From positions 7,618 to 71,617 of IMG/VR virus record IMGVR_UViG_3300045927_000329: a DNA stretch of 64,000 bases. One strand, 5' to 3'. The notes beneath the pieces were generated by a model that saw only the letters and a list, made by a program, of their open reading frames with translations, was not told the DNA's origin and made no database searches. Source of the stretch: a virus. A program made the translations under genes and the position numbers. Below, piece after piece: positions 8,049 through 17,035 of the stretch. How positions within the stretch are numbered: the first letter of the stretch is position 1; the number at the start of each line of letters is the position of its first letter.

Positions 8049-9011
8049 ATGAGCAATACGACACTTGCGTCAGGTTGTCAACTCCCCACCCTCCTCGACC
8101 CCCTCCTCGATCCCCTCCCCGACATCATCCCGGCCGGTGGCATCTCCCTCCTGGCTGGTGCGCCTGGGGTCGGCAAGACGGCCCTGCTGGCCGCCCTGGC
8201 CCGGGACTTCCGCGACGGCCGGCCGATCTTCGGCCACCAGCCGACGGCGATCCCGGCGATTGGCGTCGTCAATGCCGACCGCGGCTGGGCGCGCGGCGCC
8301 GGCTGCTGGTTTGCGCGGGTCGGGTTCCCCGACGTCCGCTACTACTCGATGACCGACGATCCGACCTTCGACCCCCGCATCCTGCGGCGCAAGTTCGAAC
8401 GGACGGCGCGGCTCTTCGAGTTCGTCGACCGCCTGCAGCTGCCGCCGGGCAGCCTCCTCTTCGTCGACCCCATCGCGCTCTTCCTGGGCGGGAACCTGCT
8501 GGACTACGATACCTGCGCGGTCGCCTGCCTGGAGATTCGGACGCTGCTGCGCCAGCGCGCCCTCACGCTGATCGCCGCCGTCCACGCCGGCAAGATCAAG
8601 GCGGCCAAGCAGGAGCGCTACCTGCGGCTGCAGGACCAGATCCTCGGCTCCACCGCGATCTTCGGCTTCAGTGACACCCAGCTCTATCTCGCCTCGCCCG
8701 AGGAGCTGAAGCGCTCCTACTACGGATTCCTCTGGCAGAGCCATCTGGTACCCCCGGAGACGTTCGCCCTGGAGCGGGACGCCCACGGGTTGTTCCAGCT
8801 CTGGACCGGGGCCGACCGGGGGAACCAAGCCAAGGTGCTCGCCCTGTTCCCCGAGAACGGGGACGAGATCACCTTCGGGGCGCTGCTGGAGCTGGCCGAG
8901 GGCGTGCCCCTCTCGCGCAAGACGCTGCAGCGGACCCTGGAGGCCCTGGTCGAGAGCGAGCAGGTGGTCAAGGTCCGACACGGCGTCTACCGGCGTGTCG
9001 TCCGCCACTGA
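8049..9011 (+). CDS. RepA/AAA_25-like SF4 helicase with C-terminal winged helix
   Basis: Walker A GAPGVGKT, Walker B LLFVDPI, AVH and ILGSTA motifs, C-terminal SRKTLQRTLEALV...VRHGVY. Confidence 0.8.
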   Translation: MSNTTLASGCQLPTLLDPLLDPLPDIIPAGGISLLAGAPGVGKTALLAALARDFRDGRPIFGHQPTAIPAIGVVNADRGWARGAGCWFARVGFPDVRYYSMTDDPTFDPRILRRKFERTARLFEFVDRLQLPPGSLLFVDPIALFLGGNLLDYDTCAVACLEIRTLLRQRALTLIAAVHAGKIKAAKQERYLRLQDQILGSTAIFGFSDTQLYLASPEELKRSYYGFLWQSHLVPPETFALERDAHGLFQLWTGADRGNQAKVLALFPENGDEITFGALLELAEGVPLSRKTLQRTLEALVESEQVVKVRHGVYRRVVRH

Positions 9012-9046
9012 TCGCCCGGAGCCCCTACCGACTTCACCGACCGACT

Positions 9047-9082
9047 TTCGCCCCCCGCCTGGTACGTACGGGAGGGGGCGAA
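9047..9082. terminator. GC-rich hairpin after the helicase gene
   Basis: TTCGCCCCC...GGGGGCGAA inverted repeat between convergent genes. Confidence 0.45.
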
Positions 9083-9304
9083 GAAACGGTGCCCCGTTGG
9101 GGGGTGGATCGGTGGCCTTTTGTGTTCCCGTAGTACATATAGTGTCCGAGAAAGGGTCAGCAGAATTGTAAGTGACCCTTTCAGCCGGTAGGGTCAGTAA
9201 AGGGCCAGGGGGGTCGAGCCTTTATAACCTCTTTCCGTTCTGTGGGTTACTGGCGAAAAGGTCACCCTTCTCCCCCTCTGCCGGGCACCTTCTCTTCGCC
9301 TGGG

Positions 9305-9898
9305 CTAGATCTCCTCCGGTTTGGGCGGGACTTTCGCCTCCTCGCCCCAGGTCTGCGAGGCCATCCCATGCACCGGGCACTCGGGCACCGGCAGCCCGAT
9401 GTCCGGGCAGCTGCAGGGCTGGTCGACCGCGAGGTTGACCGGCTCGCCCCCGGCTCGCCCCGCCGCGAGTTCCTTCTGCGCGAACCAGCCGCCGGCCGCC
9501 CGGCGGATCTCGGCCCACTGCCGCTTGCTCGGCAGGGTATCGGGCGGCGCCTTGGTGATCCGCCACATACCCCACTTCACCGGGTAGAGGACGAGCCCCG
9601 CAATGTAGGTGCGCTCGCAGTAGGGGCAGACCAGCCGCTGGCTGTAGGGATTCCACTTCAGCTTCCAGATCGAGGCGGCCAGACGCGCCTCCTTGGCCTT
9701 GTCGCGGCGCTTGGACATGGAGTGCGCCATGTAGGGCGGAACGAGGCGGGCATCGCTGCTGGTGTGAATCATCCGCCCACAGGACGGACACTCGCATTCG
9801 AAGCGGTCGAGGCGAGCGAAGAACCGGGTCGAGGGGGGCATTGTCGGAACGTGCGGCATGGCGTGCAGAGCCTCCTTCGCGCGCCAGTGTAGCGCCAC
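9305..9898 (-). CDS. Multi-zinc-finger hypothetical protein
   Basis: CECPSCG, CPYC, CSC...CPVHG; start uncertain. Confidence 0.6.
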   Translation of the reverse strand: MALHWRAKEALHAMPHVPTMPPSTRFFARLDRFECECPSCGRMIHTSSDARLVPPYMAHSMSKRRDKAKEARLAASIWKLKWNPYSQRLVCPYCERTYIAGLVLYPVKWGMWRITKAPPDTLPSKRQWAEIRRAAGGWFAQKELAAGRAGGEPVNLAVDQPCSCPDIGLPVPECPVHGMASQTWGEEAKVPPKPEEI

Positions 9899-9954
9899 CT
9901 GCCGCCATCGCCACGGGCCTGGGGCACAACTTGCCTCGCAGTCGACCCAATAAG

Positions 9955-10036
9955 CCAGTAGGAGCGGTAGACCCAGTAGACCAGTAGGTGCGCGTACGTA
10001 CGCTCCTGGCCTGTAGAGCCAGTAGGCGTACGTACG
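9955..10036. repeat. Cluster of CCAGTAG direct repeats and CGTACGTACG palindromes
   Basis: CCAGTAG at 9955, 9973, 9981, 10019; CGTACGTACG at 9993 and 10027. Confidence 0.75.
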
Positions 10037-10060
10037 GTACTCGCCGGTGGGCCGGTGGGG

Positions 10061-10504
10061 TCAGTAGGCGCGGGGGCGGTAGCTGGTGGCGACGTCGAGG
10101 GTGCGGCGCAGGGATTGGTAGGCCGCGTCAGCTTGTTGGAGTACCAACCAGCGGCTGCGCGGCAGGGCCGCCTCGGCCGGCATGTGGGTGTCGAAGTGGG
10201 TGCAGCCGAAGGGCGCGACCGGGTGGATCGTGCAGCGGTCGGAGGCGTCGAGGAACACGCAGCGGCCGTGGCGGAGCTTGGGCGTGATGGTGCCGACACG
10301 GGCGGTCTGGCCCGTGCGGCTGTTGGCGATGAGGGCGCCCGGGCTGGCCCAGAACCTCGCCAGGACCGTACGCACGGGCTGAGCGAGGTAGGCGGCGATG
10401 CGTTCGACGTCGCCGGGGGCGCAGCTGCCGGGTTGGGAGTGACAACAGGCCACGCAGTCGGGGCAGGCGCAGCTCGGAGTGCGCTCGAAGGGAGGGGCGC
10501 TCAT
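10061..10504 (-). CDS. YkgJ-family cysteine-cluster protein (CxxCxxCC)
   Basis: CACPDCVACC...CVFLDASDRCTIHPVAPFGCTHF; start re-called at ATG 10504. Confidence 0.8.
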   Translation of the reverse strand: MSAPPFERTPSCACPDCVACCHSQPGSCAPGDVERIAAYLAQPVRTVLARFWASPGALIANSRTGQTARVGTITPKLRHGRCVFLDASDRCTIHPVAPFGCTHFDTHMPAEAALPRSRWLVLQQADAAYQSLRRTLDVATSYRPRAY

Positions 10505-10656
10505 AGCTGGCTCCACAGGATCCAGAGGTAGGTGGCGACGAGGAAGCCGGTGTGGATCGCCGTTGTCGTCTTGAGCGTGTGCAGCTCGCGCGAGAGCCGG
10601 CCTAGCTCGCGCTGGACGTCGCGCCACTCCTCGCGGTCGAAGGGCGGGGCGCTCAT
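10501..10656 (-). CDS. Small coiled-coil membrane protein (51 aa)
   Basis: MSAPPFDREEW...GFLVATYLWILWSQL; ATGA overlaps. Confidence 0.6.
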   Translation of the reverse strand: MSAPPFDREEWRDVQRELGRLSRELHTLKTTTAIHTGFLVATYLWILWSQL

Positions 10657-10997
10657 GCCCAGCCCCCGCAGCCGCAGCGGGCCTTGCGGCACCGGCCGGC
10701 GACGTGGAAGCGGCGCAGGTGGCCACAGGTGCGGCACTCCTGCAGATCGGCCGTGTCGAAGAGGCCCTGGGCGGCGCGGCGGAGGCCGGGGGTCGCCTCG
10801 GCGAGGGTGGCCGCGTCGTCGCGGGCGCCGGCTGCCGCCTCCTGCTGGTCGCGGGCGATGGAGCCCAGGACACGCAGCAGCGAGTCGGCCAGGGCCTGGA
10901 CCTCGGGGAGGCCCAGGCTGAAGGTGCAGGAGTCCACGGTCAGGCGGAAGCGCCCGGGGACGCCCAGGACGCGCTCGATGCGGGGCGGGGTGCTCAT
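10653..10997 (-). CDS. Hypothetical protein with C-terminal Zn-binding motif
   Basis: CRTCGH...H...C...CGC; ATGA overlaps. Confidence 0.6.
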   Translation of the reverse strand: MSTPPRIERVLGVPGRFRLTVDSCTFSLGLPEVQALADSLLRVLGSIARDQQEAAAGARDDAATLAEATPGLRRAAQGLFDTADLQECRTCGHLRRFHVAGRCRKARCGCGGWA

Positions 10998-11215
10998 GGC
11001 GTGGCCTCGTCGTCTACGACGGTGTAGCCGTGGGCTTCGGCCCAGGCACGAGCGTCGGCCAGGGCGGCCTGAGTGAAGCCGTAGGGCCGGATGCCGGTCG
11101 TGTGCAGCGGCGCGTGCCCCCTGGTGGTGACCACCTGCGCGCAGGTGCCGAAGCGCTGGCCGACCTCACAGATACACAGGCGCACCGTTCTCGTCTTGGT
11201 CGTCTTGGTCGTCAT
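10994..11215 (-). CDS. Hypothetical protein (73 aa)
   Basis: Coupled ORF with RBS GAGGAG. Confidence 0.6.
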   Translation of the reverse strand: MTTKTTKTRTVRLCICEVGQRFGTCAQVVTTRGHAPLHTTGIRPYGFTQAALADARAWAEAHGYTVVDDEATP

Positions 11216-11463
11216 CGTTCGCTCCTCTCGTCGTCAGTGTCGGCCGCACGCGGGTTCAGCGCCGCCCAGGCGGCCACATCCTTGTGCCCCTGGGTGTCCC
11301 AGTCGGCCGGCCAGCGGAACGTCTCCCAGCTGCAGCGCCGGCCGTCGCGGTAGCGGAAGCTGCAGGCGAGGTAGTCCTCGCCCTTCCGCCCGTAGTGGAA
11401 GAGCACCGTGCGCCGGCTGCACGACGGGCAGCGCGTGTAGTCGCGCGCGGGGCGGCCGGTCAT
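11212..11463 (-). CDS. Zinc-ribbon protein (83 aa)
   Basis: CPSC...YLACS...CSW; RBS AAGGAG; start re-called at ATG 11463. Confidence 0.6.
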   Translation of the reverse strand: MTGRPARDYTRCPSCSRRTVLFHYGRKGEDYLACSFRYRDGRRCSWETFRWPADWDTQGHKDVAAWAALNPRAADTDDERSER

Positions 11464-11885
11464 GGCTGCTCCTTCCGTACGATGCGGTAGCCGGCCTTGT
11501 GGGCCGCCCGCGCGAAGTCGCCCGCGCAGCGATGCGTGCAGAAGTGCGTCGAGCGTACGTGGTAGGTGCCCTCGAAGACGCGCCGCACCAGCTTGGTCCG
11601 GCTCGTCGTGCGGTCGTAGATCGATTCGACCGACGGCACCAGCGGCTTGTTGCAGAACGCGCAGCGGGGCCGCTCTGCGATGGGCGGCAGCCCCTCGATG
11701 GGCGGCCGCCGGTTGTGCGGGTCGGTGATGCGGCGCAGCTCGCTGCGCGGCAGCAGGACCTTGCGGTCGGGATCCCCATCGAGCTGGATCTCGGCTTGGT
11801 CCCGCCACAGGTCACACACGCGGCCGATGCTGCCGTCGGCCGTCTTGACCCAGTGTCCGTAGCTCAGGGGCTTCGGTTGGCTCAT
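11460..11885 (-). CDS. Hypothetical protein with Zn finger
   Basis: CAFCNK...FCTHRC; SH3-like N-terminus. Confidence 0.6.
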   Translation of the reverse strand: MSQPKPLSYGHWVKTADGSIGRVCDLWRDQAEIQLDGDPDRKVLLPRSELRRITDPHNRRPPIEGLPPIAERPRCAFCNKPLVPSVESIYDRTTSRTKLVRRVFEGTYHVRSTHFCTHRCAGDFARAAHKAGYRIVRKEQP

Positions 11886-12004
11886 GGTCTGCTCCGTTCG
11901 TGGTCGTGGTCGTCGTGGGTCGTCGGTCGTTGGAGTCGCAAGCGCTCCACAGCCGGCCCGCCCTGGGGCTCCAGGCGCGGGCCGGGTCGTGCAACGCTCC
12001 GGCC

Positions 12005-12202
12005 CTACCGCCGTCGGCCGCGCAGGCGCCTCGCCAGGGCGGCGCGCTCGCGGGTGTCATGGTAGGCCTGCTCCTGGCACTCCGATCGCCCACACGTCAC
12101 GCTGTAGCCCTTGGGGCGCGGTCTGAGGCAGTAGCGGCACAGGCCGTTCACTTGGTGGCAGACGTCGGTCGAGGTCGGCCGGGTGTAGCCCCAGTCGTTC
12201 AC
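12005..12202 (-). CDS. Small Cys-rich protein
   Basis: GTG start overlapping the upstream stop; CRYC...TCGRSEC. Confidence 0.5.
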   Translation of the reverse strand: MNDWGYTRPTSTDVCHQVNGLCRYCLRPRPKGYSVTCGRSECQEQAYHDTRERAALARRLRGRRR

Positions 12203-12849
12203 GACTGCACCTCGGCCTCGGTCGCCTCGGGCTCGCCCGCCGGCAGCTCCAGGCGCGCGGCCGGCTTGGGCTGCGCCTCCTGCTGCCACTGCCAGATCCG
12301 CGTGTGGACCGCGTTGACCCCTGACCCGATGTCGTACCAATCCCACCGCGCCGAGTCGTACCTGCGCTCGCCCGGTTTGCGCTCGACCGCGATCCCGTCA
12401 CAGTGGAGCGCCTCGGCCACCCGTCCGCAGTACTCCGCGAAGCTCCGGCAGTACCCGCGTTGGTTCTCGATGCGCGCCAGGGCCTTGTCGAGCGCCTCCA
12501 GCGTCCGCACCATGCGGCGCGCGGCCGCCAGGCCGATCGACGGCGTGTAGTCCTCGTACAGCGTGTGCCAGCCGTACACCGGGCCGCTCTCGCCGGCCTC
12601 GCTGCCGCGCAGCTGGCTGCGCTCGTCGCCCTGGCAGCTGACGCGGAGGCCGCTGAAGAGCGGGCCGTCCCCGTAGTGGTCGTCAATCCCGTAGGGCAGG
12701 TAGCCGTGCTGGTTCTCCTGGTCGAAGCGCTGGGTGGTGACTCTGCCCTTCAAGTGGAAGTAGCCGTACTCGCGGCTCTCGGTGATCACGAGGTAGCGCG
12801 GCTCGCGCGCCTCGTCGCTGCTGCTGATCCCTGGTCGTCGTCTCGCCAT
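12199..12849 (-). CDS. Hypothetical protein (216 aa)
   Basis: RBS GGGAGG before ATG 12849; protein-like composition. Confidence 0.7.
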   Translation of the reverse strand: MARRRPGISSSDEAREPRYLVITESREYGYFHLKGRVTTQRFDQENQHGYLPYGIDDHYGDGPLFSGLRVSCQGDERSQLRGSEAGESGPVYGWHTLYEDYTPSIGLAAARRMVRTLEALDKALARIENQRGYCRSFAEYCGRVAEALHCDGIAVERKPGERRYDSARWDWYDIGSGVNAVHTRIWQWQQEAQPKPAARLELPAGEPEATEAEVQS

Positions 12850-12978
12850 GGTCGTCCTCCCTGGTCGTGGTGGTGGTGGTCGTCGTCGTTCGTGGTCGTC
12901 GTCGCCTGGAGCTGGAAAGCGCTCCGCGAGAGGCACCGGCCGTGGTCGAGGCCGGCGCCCTCCGCGCAATGCTCGCCC

Positions 12979-13185
12979 CTACTGCCGGCGCGGCTCGCCG
13001 GCCGCCTGGATCGTGTCCCGGTCTGGGATGCGGGCCCTGGCGCCGTCGACGCCGGCCCGGGCGCGCCCGATGTACTGCACCGCGAGGTGCGTGTGCGTGT
13101 GCTCGTCCACCTTCAGCAGCTGCCGGGCGGCCGCCTGGAGCTGGCGCGCCGCGTCGTGCAGCACCTTGACGTCGGCGGCCGTCAC
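12979..13185 (-). CDS. Hypothetical protein (68 aa)
   Basis: GTG start coupled to the upstream peptide; begins MTAAD like the cassette genes. Confidence 0.55.
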   Translation of the reverse strand: MTAADVKVLHDAARQLQAAARQLLKVDEHTHTHLAVQYIGRARAGVDGARARIPDRDTIQAAGEPRRQ

Positions 13186-13286
13186 AGGGCACCGCCGTAG
13201 AGCTGCTGGAGCACACGCAGCGCGCCGGCCAGGGCCACCGCGCCCAGGGCCAGCGTGAGCCAGTCGATCAAGTGTCGGGTCGTCAT
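13182..13286 (-). CDS. Small membrane peptide (34 aa)
   Basis: Hand-translated MTTRHLIDWLTLALGAVALAGALRVLQQLYGGAL; RBS GAGG. Confidence 0.5.
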   Translation of the reverse strand: MTTRHLIDWLTLALGAVALAGALRVLQQLYGGAL

Positions 13287-13379
13287 GGGGTCGTCGTCCT
13301 CTCGGTTCCAGGGAGCCTGAGCGCTCCGCCGCCGGCAGGGACGGCCGCCGCCCCTGCCGGGTCGCGCAATGCTCAGAGT

Positions 13380-14123
13380 CTAGAACGGGTCCGCGACCGC
13401 GATCGACGCCAGGGCCACCGCCGCCGGCCGGCGCCGCGCGGCCGCCACCGGCACCGCCACCGGGACGGGCACCGGCAGCCCGGCGCTGGGCGCCTGCGGG
13501 GCCGGCTTCGGCGTGCGGGGGACCTTGGACCCGCCCGACCCGCCGCTCGTCGTTCCTGGGGCCGCCTGCGCGGCCGGCGGGGCCTCCTGGGCCGGAGCGC
13601 TCGCCTGCGTCGCCTCGACATCCTTGGCCGCGTCGCGCCGGGCGGCCGCCAGGGCCCGGAGCAGTCGCTGCGTCTCGGCCAGCCGGCGCAGCGCGCCGTC
13701 ACTGATGCCGGCGGCCGCCACCGCGTGGTTGACCGCGTCGGCGCCCGCGTCCAGGGCCTCATCCGGCAGCGTGAACGTGACGTCACTGGCGAGCACATAC
13801 CGGAGCGCCCGGGTGCCGTAGGCCGTCCAGCCCTCGGACGGGTCGCGCGGCGCGAAGTGGGGCGTGATGGGGCGGCCGAGGCCGCCGGCCGGCTTCGGGG
13901 CCTGGACGGGCGCCGAGGCCTGGACGGCCACCGGGGCGGCCTGGACGGGCGCAGGCGCGGCGATCGGCGCGGGGGTCGGCTGCAGGGCCGGGCAGTCGGC
14001 CGCGTCCGCGTGGCGGGGCTTCTGGCCCTGCTGCCACTCGATCATGGTGCCGGCGGGGAACGCCCGGCGGCACGCCGAGCAGTAGCCTGGGAACCGGGCG
14101 GGAAGGGTGCGGGTCGTCGTCAT
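13380..14123 (-). CDS. Hypothetical protein with N-terminal Zn-binding motif and Pro/Ala linkers
   Basis: ARFPGYCSAC...H...C; RBS GAGGAG. Confidence 0.65.
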   Translation of the reverse strand: MTTTRTLPARFPGYCSACRRAFPAGTMIEWQQGQKPRHADAADCPALQPTPAPIAAPAPVQAAPVAVQASAPVQAPKPAGGLGRPITPHFAPRDPSEGWTAYGTRALRYVLASDVTFTLPDEALDAGADAVNHAVAAAGISDGALRRLAETQRLLRALAAARRDAAKDVEATQASAPAQEAPPAAQAAPGTTSGGSGGSKVPRTPKPAPQAPSAGLPVPVPVAVPVAAARRRPAAVALASIAVADPF

Positions 14124-14240
14124 TGTCGTCGTCTCCTCGCGTTTCGTACGCCGGTGGTCGGCCGGCGCCTCGTCAGGCCTGTCGATTCAGGCGACGCGCG
14201 GCGAGCCAGGGGCGGGGGTGCCCCTGACCCGCCTGGGGCC

Positions 14241-15263
14241 TCAGGCGGCCACCAGCTGGCGCGCCAGGGTGAACGCCTGCGCCTTCAGCGTCGCGTTCCC
14301 GCCGAAGATCGCGCTCTCGTTCGCCCGGTCGCGCCCGGCCGCCGACTTGGCTTCCCCCGGCCGGACGTGGTCGAAGTACTCGACCACGGCGTTATAGGCC
14401 GCCCAGGCCGAGGCCTCGCCCGCGCGGACGTTCACCAGCTGATTCGCCATGTCGGCGCCCTTGCCGGCAAAGGTGAGCTGCGCGACCGCGTCCCGGCGCG
14501 CCAGGATGACCGGGGCGATCGGCTTGCCGGCGGCCTCGGTGTTCGGGATGGCGGCCTCGATGTACGCCGCCAGCTGCTTGGCGTTCATGGGGTGCTGCGC
14601 GAGCCGCGCGAAGGTGTCGCCGGTGGCCTTGAGCGCCTGGGTGAGCTTGGCCAGGATGGCGGCCGCGTCATCGAGCCGCTGGGAGGCCGAGGCCGTGTGC
14701 CGGATGGTGAACCACGCCTTGCCCTGGGCGGCGCCCACGGCCATGCCGAGGGTGTTCTGACAGACCACCCGGATCAACGTGCCCAACCCGATGATCCCGG
14801 TTGAGCCGTCGTGCGACCAGTGCAGGAGAAAGTAGCCGTTGACGTCGTCGCCGTCCACTGGCGTGATGCGCCCGACGCCGGCCGGCATCCGCAGCAGCAT
14901 CCAGCACCGTTCCCCGTGGCCCAGGGCGCCCATCGCCGCCGGCCGGCAGCCCATGCCGAGCAGGGGGTCGAGGATGGCGCAGGCCTCGGCGTTCTGGACG
15001 GGGGTGTAGGTGCTGCCGACGACGCCGAGCTGCACCTGCCGGCCGCCCTCCTGGCGCACGGTGGCGCGGTGGTCGCGCACCTTGGTGCCGTCGGCGAAGT
15101 AGAGATCCACCAGCTGGACGAGGTAATCGAGGTTCCCCATCCGCAGGGCGTCGGCGACGGTCGAGACGTCGACGGTGATGCGGGTGCCGAGCTTGTGCCA
15201 GGGGGTCTGGCCCTGATACGCCATGGCGACCTGTCCGTTGATGACTGCGAGGTTGTGTGCCAT
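14241..15263 (-). CDS. DUF932 / TIGR03299 phage-plasmid-like protein
   Basis: TPWHKLG, LGVVGSTYTPVQN, SHDGS, IRVVCQNTL, IRHT, SAWAAYNAVVEYFDH. Confidence 0.9.
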   Translation of the reverse strand: MAHNLAVINGQVAMAYQGQTPWHKLGTRITVDVSTVADALRMGNLDYLVQLVDLYFADGTKVRDHRATVRQEGGRQVQLGVVGSTYTPVQNAEACAILDPLLGMGCRPAAMGALGHGERCWMLLRMPAGVGRITPVDGDDVNGYFLLHWSHDGSTGIIGLGTLIRVVCQNTLGMAVGAAQGKAWFTIRHTASASQRLDDAAAILAKLTQALKATGDTFARLAQHPMNAKQLAAYIEAAIPNTEAAGKPIAPVILARRDAVAQLTFAGKGADMANQLVNVRAGEASAWAAYNAVVEYFDHVRPGEAKSAAGRDRANESAIFGGNATLKAQAFTLARQLVAA

Positions 15264-15398
15264 TGGTCTGCTCCTGTCGTCTGTCGTTCTGTCGGTTGCG
15301 TCTGGTGGCGCCGGGTCAGGGCGCCAGTGGGTGTCGTGTCGTCGAATTGAGAGTTTTTGGCTGCCGCCTCTGCCATACCCGTGCCAAAGTGAATGAGA

Positions 15399-15454
15399 CG
15401 CTATCAGGCGCTATCAGACGCCATGAACACGGTGACAGGTTGTCAGCGTGTCAA
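15399..15454 (-). promoter_or_regulatory. Early leftward promoter/operator region
   Basis: TTGACA at 15454-15449, adjacent palindrome TGACAggtTGTCA (15433-15445), tandem CGCTATCAG x2 (15399-15418). Confidence 0.5.
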
Positions 15455-15902
15455 AACTACCGTGTAAGGCAGAGAAAAGTGTCCGTTTGCGCGACAGGCG
15501 GCGACTTCCCAGGCGGCCGCCGGCCTCGGACTCTGGTTAACATAACCGAGCTTATGCGACTCCAGGCCGCTAAGTCCTTTAGAATCAGTAGTTAGCGAGC
15601 CGAGCCCAGGCGAAAGTAGAGGCGAAGCGCGCCGGCAGCCCGGGGCGCCGGCCGTCCAGGCCTCCCGGCCGCCGGCAGCCTGGGGCGCGCTCGACGCCTG
15701 GGGGCCCGGGCGGGGCGGCGCGCCTGGGGCCTGGGGCGCGGCGCCTGGGGCGGCAGGGCGGCGCATTGTCCGCGAGGCCGGCGGCCGGCAGAGTGTCTTC
15801 GCCTGCGCCCGATCTCACCGATCTTCAAATTTTTTCGACCTTGAATTTTTCGCTAGCGGGGTCTAGACAGACGCCCACGCCCTCCCCCACCCTGGCGCGG
15901 TC

Positions 15903-16625
15903 ATGCTCGACCCCTCGCGCCAGCGCGGCGCGCTCGCCGAACTGCTCGTCGCCTACCGCTTTCTCGAATCCGGCCGCCTCGTCAGCTGGCCGCTCACGCC
16001 CTGCGCCTACGATCTGGTCGTCGATACCGGCGACCGCCTCGTGCGCGTCCAGGTCAAGCAGGCACACGAGCACCAAGGCGCCGATCGCCACTTCGGGCAC
16101 TGGATCGCGCGGCTCACCAAGCGGCGCACCGGCGGGCGCGATCGGGCGCTGGCGGCCGCCGATGTCGACTACATCGCCGTCGTCTGCCGGCCGGAGGAGG
16201 TCTACGTCATTCCGGCGCCGGTCTGCACCTCGCAACAGGACGCACGCTGGATCAAGGCACGGCTGGTCATCGGGCCTGAGAGCCACTATCGCGTGTTCCT
16301 GAATCTCTTCTCGCTTGGCAACGGCAGCAGTGGCGAAGTCGCCGCGTCGCCGATCGCGCCCCTGCGCAAAGCCGGGCGCTGGGCGGCCGGACCACGTCGC
16401 GAGCGGGGGCAGCGCAAGCCGTATCGACGCCTCACCGAGGACCAGATTGCGCAAATTGTCCAGATGCCGGTGCGGTGGTACCGCCGACAACCGCCCGAGG
16501 GCCTGATCCCGCTGGAGGATCTGGCCCGGCAGTTCGACGTCTGCCCGGCGACCTTGCGCAATCTCGTCCTGCGCCGGTCTCGCCTCGACCTCCTGGCCAG
16601 GGACGCGAGCCCCGAATCGCCTTAG
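15903..16625 (+). CDS. PD-(D/E)XK endonuclease (group I intron-associated type) with C-terminal HTH
   Basis: RGALAELLV...YDLVVD...RVQVK, DYIAV...VYVIP; LEDLARQFDVCPATLRNLV HTH. Confidence 0.8.
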   Translation: MLDPSRQRGALAELLVAYRFLESGRLVSWPLTPCAYDLVVDTGDRLVRVQVKQAHEHQGADRHFGHWIARLTKRRTGGRDRALAAADVDYIAVVCRPEEVYVIPAPVCTSQQDARWIKARLVIGPESHYRVFLNLFSLGNGSSGEVAASPIAPLRKAGRWAAGPRRERGQRKPYRRLTEDQIAQIVQMPVRWYRRQPPEGLIPLEDLARQFDVCPATLRNLVLRRSRLDLLARDASPESP

Positions 16626-16651
16626 GGGGATCTAGACAACCTGCTACCGCC

Positions 16652-17035
16652 ATGCTTCGCTCAGCAGCGATGCGTCTGGCCAATCGCCTCGCTGGCGCGC
16701 TGCTCTTCCGCCGCCTCGCGCGCTCGCTCGACCGCCTCGCCGAGGCGATCGAGGGGCAGCAGACGCTCCTCCTGCGTCTCGTAGACCATCTCGCACCCAA
16801 CCCCGCCCCGCCCGAGCGCGACGTGCTGCGCGCCGACACCGGCCTCAGCTATCTCGACGACGAAGAAGCGGGCCAGGCGCTCGCCTTCATCGAGCGCACG
16901 CGCGCCGCCACCGGCCACACGCCCGACGACGAGGAGGTCATCATCCACCTCGCCGACGAGAAAACGCAGAACCTGGCCGAACGGCTCTCGGTGCGCGAGG
17001 CCGAACTGGCGCGCCTGGCGGAGTCGCGCCTGTGA
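16652..17035 (+). CDS. Hypothetical protein
   Basis: ORF coupled (GTGA) to the next gene; start 16652 or 16670. Confidence 0.6.
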   Translation: MLRSAAMRLANRLAGALLFRRLARSLDRLAEAIEGQQTLLLRLVDHLAPNPAPPERDVLRADTGLSYLDDEEAGQALAFIERTRAATGHTPDDEEVIIHLADEKTQNLAERLSVREAELARLAESRL

